From positions 36,069,703-36,133,702 of the forward strand of contig CP154954.1 of the NCBI GenBank assembly GCA_039621445.1: a stretch of DNA of 64,000 nt, written 5' to 3'. How positions within the stretch are numbered: the stretch's first letter is position 1; each line of letters opens with the position of its first letter. The stretch is from Euglena gracilis (lineage: Eukaryota). The notes beneath the pieces were generated by a model. The model was not told where the DNA came from. It worked only from the letters and a program-made list of their open reading frames with translations, and made no database searches. A program made the position numbers and the translations under genes. This document shows positions 32,401 to 43,700 of this stretch, piece after piece.

Positions 32401-34379
32401 GCTGACAAGAAATGAGCACAATTAGCTGGGTGCATTCGACCATTCCGGGGGACATTTACCAGGTCAGCCCAGGTTACCATGTAAAAATGCACCAAAATGA
32501 GCCTTTCTCCGAGTAACCGAATGTGTGCTCAAGGAGGCCACCAAAGCCAGGGGACCTGTTGGTTTCATGGATGTCGTGGTTTAATGGTAAGAAAAACATG
32601 CAGCGGGAAGGTTTATTGCAAGAAATGAGCACATTTAGAAGGGTGCATTCGACCATTCCGCGGGATATTTACCCAGTCAGCCCAGTTTACCGTGTAAAAA
32701 TGGACCAAAATGGGCCTTACTCCGAGTAACTGAATGGGTGTTCCAGGAGGCCTCCAAAGTCAGGGGACACGTTGGTTTCATGATTGTCGTGTTTTAATGG
32801 TAAGAAAAACATGCAGCGGGAATGTTGGTTGCAAGAAATGAGCACATTTAGATGGGTGCATTCGACCATTCCGGGGGACATTTACCAGGTCAACCCAGGT
32901 TACCATGTAAAAGTGGACCAAAATGGGCCTTACTCCGAGTAACCGAATGGGTGTTCCAGGAGGCCTCCAAAGTCAGGGGACCCGTTGGTTTCATGATTGT
33001 CGTGGTTTAATGGTAAGAGAAACACGCAGCGGGAATGTTGCTGACAAGAAATGAGCACAATTAGCTGGGTGCATTCGACCATTCCGGGGGACATTTACCA
33101 GGTCAGCCCAGGTTACCATGTAAAAATGGACCAAAATGGGCCTTACTCCGAGTAACCGAATGTGTGCTCCAGGAGGCCTCCAAAGCCAGGGGACCCGTTG
33201 GTTTCATGGATGTCGTGGTTTAATGGTAAGAAAAACATGCAGCGGGAAGGTTTTTTGCAAGGAATCAGCACAATTAGCAGGGTGCATTCGACCATTCTGG
33301 GGGACATTTGACCAGTCAACCCAGGTTACCATGTAAAAATGGACCAAAATGGGCCTTACTCCGAGTAACTGAATGGGTGTTCCAGGAGGCCTCCAAAGTC
33401 AGGGGACCCGTTGGTTTCATGATTGTCGTGGTTTAATGGTAAGAAATACATGCAGCGAGGATTTTGGTTGCAAGAAATGAGCACATTTAGCTGGGTGCAT
33501 TCGACCATTCCGGGGGACATTTACCAGGTCAGCCCAGGTTACCATGTAAAGATGGACCAAAATGGGCCTTACTCCGAGTAACCGAATGGGTGTTCCAGGA
33601 GGCCTCCAAAGTCAGGGGACCCTTTGGTTTCATGATTGTCGTGGTTTAATGGTAAGAAACACATGCAGCGGGAACGTTGGTTGCAAGAAATGAGCACATT
33701 TAGATGGGTGCATTGGACCATTCCGGGAGACATTTTCCAGGTCAGCCCAGGTTACCATGTAAAAATGGACCAAAACGGGCCTTACTCCGAGTAACCGAAT
33801 GGGTGTTCCAGGAGGCCTCCAAAGTCAGGGGACCCGTTGGTTTCATGATTGTCGTGGTTCAATGGTAAGAAAAACATGCAGCGGGAATGTTGGTTGCAGG
33901 GAATGAGCACATTTAGATGGGTGCATTCGACCATTCCGGGGGACATTTACCAGGTCAACCCAGGTTACCATGTAAAAGTGGACCAAAATGGGCCTTACTC
34001 CGGGTAACCGAATGGGTGTTCCAGGAGGCCTCCAAAGCCAGGCGAGCCCGTTGGTTTCACGATTGTCGTGTTTGAATGGTAAGACAATCATGCAGCGGGA
34101 ATGTTGCTGACAATACATGAGCACAATTAGCTGGGTGCATTCGACCATTCCGGGTGACATTTACCAGGTCAGCCCAGGTTACCATGTAAAAACGGACTAA
34201 AATGGGCCTTACTCCGAGTAACCGAATGGGTGTTCCAGGAGGCCTCCAAAGTCGGGGGACACGTTGGTTTCATGATTGTCGTGGTTTAATGGTAAGAAAA
34301 ACATGCAGCAGGAATGTTGGTTGCAAGAAATGAGGACACTTAGATGGGTGCATTGGACCATTCCGGGAGACATTTTCCA
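20485..34379 (+). repeat. Satellite A array (~65 x 213 bp)
   Basis: Head-to-tail units with 213-bp period; very homogeneous to ~27897, a mosaic of variants after that. Confidence 0.97.
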
Positions 34380-35184
34380 CTTCGCAACAGTTACGTAAAG
34401 GAGCGCCGAACTCTAGCCGGGGCAGAGCGCTCGTTTTTGGAGCGCTGGCGCAGCCGATTCCGCCGAAAACGGCCGAAAATGACGTTTCTGGGGGCGTCCG
34501 TCACTTACGTGCTATTTTGTGCCTCCCGGGCGGTAACGGCTGCGTTTTCTGCACGCCCGCCGCGAGCAAAATTGCGGCTATCCGCCCGCCGCCATTCACA
34601 ACAGTTAGTTGAAGGATCGTCGACATCTAGCCGGGGCAGAGCGCTCGTTTTTGGAGCGCCGGCGCAGCCGATTTCGGCCGAAAACGGCCGAAAAATGACG
34701 TTTCTTGGGGCGTCCGTTTACTTACGTGCTATTTTGCGCCTCCCGGGCGGTAACGGCTGCGTTTTCTGCACGCCCGCCGCGAGCAAAATTGCGGCTATCC
34801 GCCCGCCGCCATTCGCAACAGTTAGGTAAAGGATCGTCGACATCTAGCCGGGGCAGAGCGCTCGTTTTTGGAGCGCCGGCACAGCCCATTTCGGCCGAAG
34901 ACGGCCGAAAAAATGACGGTTCTGGGGGCGTCCGTTACTTACGAGCTATTTTGCGCCTCCCGGGCGGTAACGGCTGCGTTTTACGCAAGCCCGCAGCGGG
35001 CAAAATTGCGGCTATCCGCCCGCCGCCCTTCGCAACTGTTAGGTCAAGGATCGCCGACCTCTAGCCGGGGCAGAGCGCTCGTTTTTGAAGCGCCGGCGCA
35101 GCCGATTTCGGCTGAAAACGGCCGAAAAATGACTTTTTTCGGGGCGTCCGTTACTTACGTGCTATTTTGCACCTCCCGGGCGGT

Positions 35185-36520
35185 TGAGGGCGGGGACCCT
35201 GGCCCAGATGGCCTTTTCCTTGGCATTGCAAACTCGAATCTGGACTTTTTCAGTGATATCTGAACTTGTCAAAAACTTGATCTTTTCTGCCTTCCAACCT
35301 TCCCAGATCACTGGCAACGTAAAATAAACGCAGTACTCATACTCCACGCAAACAGTACATGACCCTTGCCACCTGCAAAGTAAGGCAGCAGGTGTATTTA
35401 GGAATCTGCGCGAACATACACCCCCCTGCTTCAAGAACTTGTCAACGACAAGGTCACACAACACCGTAGGCCAGTGAGCGCTGGGAGCCCCCGGGTGTCG
35501 TTGGGGTGCCCTTGCCATCATTGATGCCTCAATGACAGAAAAGGAATCCCAACCGCCCAGGGCATCCCCCCAGAGCCTTTGGAAAAACTGTCGCAAACTG
35601 GTCCTTCCCTCATTTTTCGACCAGCTTACCACAGTAGTCTCCAAAGGGTAGGGAGATGGACAACAAACAAACAAAACGGGAGAGAATTGTGCTTCGGAGG
35701 GGAAAAATTACAAAGCAGAAATGCAAAGCGAACCGACGCGATTGTCCACAGCCAAGGCCAATTACCACCACCTCGACGCCAAATCACACACGGCGGAGGG
35801 TTTCTGCGTAAACGCTCGGATAACCCACAACCAGAGGGGCAGCAGCCAGCGGCATTGCCACAGCCGTACGCGGCGATGACCGCATTCGACCACCAGTAAT
35901 TGAAATTGCGCGGCCATCCACAGCCACAGCAGCAGCAGCCTGCAATGTAAAATCTCCCCACGAATATGTCAAATCTTACTCCTGCTGGCGGCTGGCGGCT
36001 GCAATCTGCTGCCGCCTCCTCCGTCTCTGGAGTGTTCTGGGCTTGGGCTTGACTCCATATGTCTGAACTTCCCTGTCCACAGTGGTAATCCCAGATGATG
36101 GTTCCAATCTTGGAGATTGTGATGTCACATGTGTGGCCATGTCAGACACATCCTTTGACATTTTCTCTCCTTTCAGACTTGACTTCTGAGGTTTGCTGGC
36201 CGGATTCCAATTGCTCTTCTCAGGCCATTGGCGCCCTTGGTGGTAATCTTGGCTTGTCTGTTTGTACGGGAGTTGTACTGTTTGTGAGGGCGGGGCCCTG
36301 GCCCAGATGGCCTTTTCCTTGGCATTGCAATCTCCAATCTGGACTTTTTCATTGATATCTGAACTTGTCAAAAACTTGATCTTTTCTGCCTTTCAAACCT
36401 TCCCAGATCACTGGCAAGGAAAAATAAAAGCAGTAATCATACTCCACGCAAACAGTACATGACCCTTGCCACCTGCAAAGTAAGGCAGCAGGTGTAATTA
36501 GGAATCTGCGCGAACCCACA
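35185..36520 (-). mobile_element. Non-autonomous small LTR element (TRIM-like, 1336 bp)
   Basis: 236-bp TG...CA direct repeats at 35185-35420 and 36285-36520 (about a dozen differences); TSD CGGT (35181-35184, 36521-36524); minus-strand G-tract next to 35420; no pol motifs inside. Confidence 0.9.
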
Positions 36521-39500
36521 CGGTAACGGCTGCGTTTTACGCACGCCCGCCGCGGGCAAAATTGCGGCTATCGGCCCGCCGCCCTTCGCCACAGTTAGGT
36601 AAAGGATCGCCGACCTCTGACCAGGGCAGAGCGCTCGTTTTTGGAGCGCCGGCACAGCTGATTTCGGCCGAAAACGGCCGAAAAATGACGTTTCTGGTCC
36701 GTTACTTACGTGCTATTTTGCGCCTCCCGGGCGGTAACGGCTGCGTTTTACGCACGCCCCCCGCGGGCAAAATTGCGGCTATCGGCCCGCCGCCCTTCGC
36801 AACAGTTAAGTAAAGGAGCGCTGACCTCTAGCCGGGGCAGAGCGCTCGTTTTTGGAGCGCCGGCGCAGCCGATTTCGGCAGAAAACGGCCGAAAATGACG
36901 TTTCTGGGGGCGTCCGTTTCTTACGTGCTATTTTGCACCTCCCGGGCGGTAACGGCCGCGTTTTACGCACGCCCGCCGCGTGCGAAATTGCGGCTATCCG
37001 CCCGCCGCCCTTCGCAACATTTAGTTAGGTAAATGGTCGCCGACCTCTAGCCGGGGAAGAGCGCTCGTTTTGGGAGCGCCGGCGCAGCCGATTTCGGCCG
37101 AAAACGGCCGAAAAATGACGTTTCTTGGGGCGTCCGTTACTTACGTGCTATTTTGCGCCTCCCGGGCGGTAACAGCTGTGTTTTACGCACGCCCGCCGCG
37201 GGCAAAAATTGCGGCTATCCGCCCGCCGCCCTTCACAACAGTTAGTTAAAGGATCGCCGACCTCTAGCCGGGGCACAGCGCTCGTTTTTGGAGCGCCGGC
37301 GCAGCCGATTTCGGCTGATAACGGCCGAAAAATGACGTTTTGGGGGCGTCCGTTACTTACGTGCTATTTTGCGCCTCCCGGGCGGTGACGGCTGCGTTTT
37401 ACGCACGCCCGCCGCGGGCAAAACGTGCGGCTATCCGCCCGCCACCCTTCGCAGCAGTTAGTTGAAGGAGCTCCGACCTCTAGCCGGGGCCGAGCGCTCG
37501 TTTTTGGAGCGCGGGCGCAGCCGATTTCGGCCGAAAACGGCAGAAAAATGACGTTTCTGGGGGGCGTCGGTTACTTACGTGCTATTTGGCACCTCCCGGG
37601 CGGTAACGGCTGCGTTTTACGCACGCCCGCCGCGGGCAAAGTTGCGGCTATCCGCCTGCCGCCCTTCGCAACATTTAGGTAAAGGATCGCCGACCTCTAG
37701 CCGGGGCAGAGCGCTGTTTTTCGGAGCGCCGGCGCAGCCGATTTCGGCCGAAAACGGCCAAGAAACGACGTTTCTTGGGGCGTCCGTTACTTACGTGCTA
37801 TTTTGCACCTCCCGGACAGTAACGGCTGCGTTTTACGCACGCCCGCTGCAGGCAAAGTTGCGGCCATCCGCCCGCCGCACTTCGCAACAGTTATGTAAAG
37901 GATCGTCGACCTCTAGCCGGGGCTGAGCGCTCGTTTTTGGAGCGCCGGCGCAGCCGATTTCGGCTGAAAACGGCCGGTAAATGACGTTTCTGGGGGCGTG
38001 CGTTACTTACGTGCTATTTTGCGCCTCCCGGGCGGTAACGGCTGCGTTTTACGCACGCCCGCCGCGGGCAAAATTGCGGCTTTCCGCCCGCCGCCCTTCG
38101 CAACAGTTAGGTAAAGGATCGCCGACCTCTGACCGGGGCAGAGCGCTCGTTCTTTGGAGCGCCGGCGCAGCCGATTTCGGTCGAAAACGGCCGAAAAATG
38201 ACGGTTCTGGGGGCGTCCGTTACATACGTGCTGTTTTGCGCCTCCCGGGCCGTAACGGCTGCGTTTTACGCACGCCGGCCGCGGGCAAAATTGCGGTTAT
38301 ACGCCCTCCGCCCTTCGCAAACAGTTAGGTAAAGGAGCGCCGACCTCTAGCCGGGGCAGAGCGCTCGTTATTGGACCGCCGGCGCCGCCGATTTCGGCCT
38401 AAAACGGCCGAAAAATAACGTTTTTTGGGGCGTCCGTTACTTACGTGCTATTTTGCGCGTCCCGGGCGGTAACGGCTGCGTTTAAAGCACGCCCGCCGCG
38501 GGCAAAGTTGTGCCTTTCCGCCCGCCGCCCTCCGCAACATCTAGGTAAAGGAGCGCATACCTCTAGCCGGGGCAGAGCGCTCGTTTTTGGAGCGCCGGCG
38601 CAGCCGATTTCGGCCCAAAACGGCCGAAAAATGACGTTTCTGGGGGCGTCCGTCACTTACGTGCTATTTTGCGCCTCCCGTGCGGTACGGCTGCGTTTTA
38701 CGCACGCCCGCCGCGGGCAAAATTGCGACTATACGCCCTCCGCCCTTCGCAAACAGTTGGGTAAAGGATCGCCGACCTCTAGCCGGGAATGAGCGCTCGT
38801 TTTTGGAGGGCCGGCGCAGCCAATTTCGGCGAAAACGGCCGAAAAATGACGTTTCTGGGGGCGTCCGTCACTTACGTCCTATTTTGCACCTCCCGGGCGG
38901 TAACAGCTGCGTTTTACGCACGCCCGCCGCAGGCAAAATTGCGACTATCCGCCCGCCGCCCTTCGCAACTGTTAGGTCAAGGATCGCCTACCTCTAGCCG
39001 GGGCAGAGCGCTCGTTTTTGGAGCGCCGCCGCAGCCGATTTAGGCCGAAAACGGCCGAAAAATGACGTTTCTGGGGGGCGTCCGTTACTTACGAAATATT
39101 TTGTGCCTCCTGGGCGGTAACGGCTGCGTTTTATGCACGCCCGCCGCGGTCAGAATTGCGGCTATCCGCCCGCCGCCCTTCGCAACAGTTAGGTAAAGGA
39201 TCGCCGACCTCTAGCCGGAGCAGAGCGCTCGTTTTTGGAGCGCCGGCGCAGCCGATTTCGGCCAAAGACGGCCGAAAAATGACGTTTTAGGGGGGCGTCG
39301 GTTACTTACGTGCTATTTTGCGCCTCCCGGGCGGTAACGGCTGCGTTTTACGCTCGCCCGCCGCGAGCAAAATTGCGGCTATCCGCCCCCCGCCCTTCGC
39401 AACAGTTGGGTAAAGGATCGCCGACCTCTAGTCCGGGCAGAGCGCTCGTTTTTGGAGCGCCGGCGCAGCCGATTCCGGCCGAAAACGGCCGAAAAATGAC

Positions 39501-39895
39501 GTTTCTGGGGGGCGTGAGTCACTTACGTGCTATTTTGCGCCTCCCGGGCGGTAACGTCTGCGTTTTACGCACGCCCGACGCGGGCAAATTTGCAGCTATC
39601 CGCCCGCCGCCCTTCGCAACAAGTAAGTAAAGGAGCGCCAACCTCTAGCCGGGGCAGGGCGCTCGTTTTTGGAGCGCCGGCGCAGCCGATTTCGGCCGAA
39701 AACGGCCGGAAAATGACGTTTTTCGGGGGCGTCGGTTACCTACGTGCTATTTTGCGCCTCCCGGCGGTAACGGCTGCGTTTTACGCACGCCCGCCGCGAG
39801 CAAAATTGCCGCTATCCGCCCGCCGCCCTTCGATAGTTGGGTAAAGGATCGCCGACCAGCCGGGAGTCATGGCACAAAGTGAAGCCCCCTTACCA

Positions 39896-40134
39896 CCCCC
39901 TTACCCCTTACCCACCCCTTACCCACCCCTTACCCACCCCTTACCCACCCCTTACCCACCCCTTACCCACCCCTTACCCACCCCTTACCCACCCCTTACC
40001 CACCCCTTACCCACCCCTTACCCACCCCTTACCCCCCCCTTACCCACCCCTTACCCACCCCTTACCCCCCCCCTCCCCACCCCTTACCCCCCCCTTACCC
40101 ACCCCTTACCCACCCCTTACCCACCCCTTACCCC
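39896..40134 (+). repeat. (CCCCTTACCCA)n minisatellite, block 1
   Basis: About 21 copies of an 11-mer. Confidence 0.95.
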
Positions 40135-40168
40135 AAGTCATGTGGGACAAAAAAATTTTCGGATGCAT

Positions 40169-40401
40169 CATTTTGATGGCAAGTAGCGGGACCCATTGAA
40201 CTGCTCTATTGCCCGGGGGGGGGGCTCCCTCCCCCCCCCCCCCCGGACCCACCCGGCAAAAAAATAAACCTCATCCTCGTCTCTGCCCCATTTTGATGGC
40301 AAGTAGCGGGACCCATTGAACTGCTGCACTGCCCGGGTGGGGGGGGGCTCCCGCCCCCCCCCGGACCCCCCCGGCAAAAAAATAAACCTCATCCTCGTCT
40401 T
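40169..40401 (+). repeat. 120-bp direct duplication in the core of the TIR element
   Basis: cattttgatggcaagtagcgggacccattgaactgct...aaataaacctcatcctcgtct at 40169 and 40289. Confidence 0.9.
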
Positions 40402-40484
40402 TGGCAGATTTTGAGGGCAAAGAGCAGATTTTGTCAACAAACATAATAAACAAAATCCCCATACACTTCATTCTCACCCCCCCA

Positions 40485-40720
40485 ACCCACCCCTTACCCA
40501 CCCCTTCCCCCCCCCCTTACCCACCCCTTACCCCCCCCCTTACCCACCCCTTACCCCCCCCTTACCCACCCCTTACCCACCCCTTACCCACCCCTTACCC
40601 ACCCCTTACCCACCCCTTACCCACCCCTTACCCACCCCTTACCCACCCCTTACCCACCCCTTACCCACCCCTTTCCCACCCCTTACCCACCCCTTACCCA
40701 CCCCTTACCCACCCCTTACC
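40485..40720 (+). repeat. (CCCCTTACCCA)n minisatellite, block 2
   Basis: Same 11-mer and same orientation as block 1. Confidence 0.95.
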
Positions 40721-43700
40721 TGGGTAAGGGGGCCTGACTTTATGCCATATGTGCTAGCCGGGGCAAAGCGCTCGTTTTTGGAGCGCCGGCGCAGCCGATT
40801 TCGGCCCAAAACGGCCGAAAAATGACGTTTCTGGGGGGCGTCCGTCACGTACGTGCTATTTTGTGCCTCCCGGGCGCTAACGGCGGCATTTTACGCACGC
40901 CCGCCGCGGGCAAAATTGCGGCTATACGCCCTACGCCCTTCGCAAACAGTTAGGTAAAGGATCGCCGACCTCTAGCCAGGGCAGGGCGCTCGTTTTTGGA
41001 GCGCCGGCGCAGCCGATTTCGGCCGAAAACGGCCGAAAAATGACGTTTCTGGGGGGCGTCCGTCACTTACGTGCTATTTTGCGCCTCCCGGGCGGTAACG
41101 GCTGCGTTTTACGCACGCCCGCCGCGGGCAAAATTGCGGCTATACGCCTTCCGTCCTTCGCAAACAGTTAGGTAAAGGATCGCCGACCTCTAGCCGGGGC
41201 AGAGCGCTCGTTTTCGGAGTGCCGGCGCAGCCGATTGCGGCCGAAAACGGCCGATAAGTGACGTTTCTGGGGGCGTCCGTTACTTACGTGCTATTTTGCG
41301 CCTCCCGGGCGGTAACGGCTGCGTTTTACGCACGCCCGCCGCGGGCAAATTGCGACTATTCGCCTGCCGCCCTTCGCAACAGTTAGGTAAAGGAGCGCCG
41401 ACCTCTAGCCGGGGCAGAGCGCTCGTTTTTGGAGCGCCGGCGCAGCTGATTTCGGTCGAAAACGGCCGAAAAATGAAGTTTTTGGGGGCGACGGTCACTT
41501 ACGTGCTATTTTGCGCCTCCCGGGCGGTAACGGCTGCGTTTCACGCACGCCCGCCGCGGGCAAAATTGCGGCCATCCGCCCGCCGCCCTTCGCAACAGTT
41601 AGGTAAAGGGTCGCCGACCTCTAGCCGGGGCAGAGCGCTCGTTTTTGGGGCGCCGGCGCAGCCGATTTCGGCCGAAAACGGCCGAAAAATGACGTTTCTG
41701 GGGCGTCCTTTACTTACGTGCTATTTTGCGCCTCCCGGGCGGTAACGGCTGCGTTTCATGCACGCCCGCCGCGGGTAAAATTGCGGGCATCCGCCCGCCG
41801 CCATTCGCAACAGTTAGGTAAAGGGTCGCCGACCTCTAGCCGGGGCAGAGCGCTCGTTTTTGGAGCGCCGGCGCAGCCGATTTCGCCGAAAACGGCCGAA
41901 AAATGACGTTTCTGGGGGCGTCCGTTACTTACGTGCTATTTTGCGCCTCCCGGGCGGTAACGGCTGCGTTTTACGCACGCCCGCCGCGGGCAAAATTGCG
42001 GCTATCCGCCCGCCGCCCTTCACAGCAGTTAGGTAAAGGGTCACCGACCTCTAGCCGGGGAAGAGTGCGCGTTTTTGGGGCGCCGGCGCAGCCGATTTCG
42101 GCCGAAAACGGCCGAAAAATGACGTTTCTGGGGGCGACCGTCACTTACGTGCTATTTTGCGCCTCCCGGGCGGTAACGGCTGCGTTTTACGCACGCCCGC
42201 CGCGGGCAAAATTGCGGCTATCCGCCCGCCGCCTTTCGCAACAGTTAGGTAAAGGATCGCCGACCTCTAGCCGGGGCAGAGCGCTCGTTTTTGGAGCGCC
42301 GGCGCAGCCGATTTCGCCGAAAACGGCCGAAAAATGACGTTTCTGGGGGCGACCGTCACTTACGTGCTATTTTGCGCCTCCCGGGCGGTAACGGCTGCGT
42401 TTTACGCACGCCCGCCGCGGGCAAATTGCGGCTATTCGCCCGCCGCCCTTCGCAACAGTTAGATTCCAGGTTAGGCTCCAAAAACGAGCGCTCTGCCCCG
42501 GCTAGAGGTCGGCGCTCCTTTACCTAACTGTTGCGAAGGGCGGCGGGCGGATAGCCGCAATTTTGCCCGCGGCGGGCGTGCGTAAAACGCAGCCGTAACC
42601 GCCCGGGAGGCGCAAAATAGCACGTAAGTAACGGACGCCCCCAGAAACGTCATTTTTCGGCCGTTTTCGGCCGAAATCGGCTGCGCCGGCGCTCAAAAAA
42701 CGAGCGCTCTGCCCCGGCTAGAGGTCGGCGATCCTTTACCTAACTGTTGCGAAGGGCGGTGGGCGGGGCGTGTTTAAAACGCAGCCGTTACCGCCCGGGA
42801 GGCACAAAATAGCACGTAAGTAACGGACGCCCCCAGAAACGTCATTTTTCGGCCGTTTTCGGCCGAAATCGGCTGCGCCGGCGCTCCAAAAACGAGCGCC
42901 CTGCCCCGGCTAGAGGTCGGCGATCCTTTACCTAACTGTTGCGAAGGGCGGCGGGCGGATAGCCGCAAATTTGCAAGCGGCGGGCGTGCGTAAAACGCAG
43001 CCGTTACCGCCCGGGAGGCGCAAAATAGCACGTAAGTGACGGACGCCCCCAGAAACGTCATTTTTCGGCCGTTTTCGGCCGAAATCGGCTGCGCCGGCGC
43101 TCCAAAAACGAGCGCTCTGCCCCGGCTAGAGGTCGGCGATCCTTTACCTAACTGTTGCGTAGGGCGGCGGGCGGATAACCGCAATTTTGTCCGCGGAGGG
43201 CGTGCGTAAAACGCAGCGGTTACCGCCCGGGAGGCGCAAAATAGCACGTAAGTAACGGACGCCCCCAGAAACGTCATTTTTCGGCCGTTTTCGGCCGAAA
43301 TCGGCTGCACCGGCGCTCCAAAAACGAGCGCTCTGCCCCGGCTAGAGGTCGGCGATCCTTTACCTAACTGTTGCGAAGGGCGGCGGGCGGATAGCCGCAA
43401 TTTTGACCGCGCGGGCGTGCGTAAAACGCAGCCGTTACCGCCCGGGAGGCGCAAAATAGCACGTAAGTGACGGACGCCCCTAAAAACGTCATTTTTTGGC
43501 CGTTTTCGGCCGAAATCGGCTGCGCCGGCGCTCCAAAACGAGCGCTCTGCCCCGGCTAGAGGTCGGCGCTCCTTTACCTAACTGTTGCGAGGGGCGGCGG
43601 GCGGATAGCCGCAATTTTGCCCGCGGGGGGCGTGCGTAAAACGCAGCCGTTACCGCCCGGGAGGCGCAAAATAGCACGTAAGTAACGGACGCCCCCAGAA

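Larger units (their letters stand above)
39869..40748. mobile_element. MITE-like TIR element filled with 11-bp tandem repeats
   Basis: 26-bp imperfect TIRs ATGGCACAAAGTGAAGCCCCCTTACC (39869-39894) and GGTAAGGGGGCCTGACTTTATGCCAT (40723-40748), 23/26 match; satellite motif agccggg appears on both sides; no transposase. Confidence 0.65.

Noticed and set aside
20485-34379. Repeated 60-70 aa ORFs (MSWFNGKKNM...) as a tandem gene family
   Set aside because: They are a by-product of a 213-bp unit divisible by three; a TAA/TTA polymorphism and indels break the frame freely, and starts are non-ATG.
39837-40727. Extensin-like PYPPLTHPLPT proteins, or a true telomere
   Set aside because: These are translations of an 11-bp repeat; the arrays are internal, TIR-bounded and not a canonical telomere repeat I can confirm.
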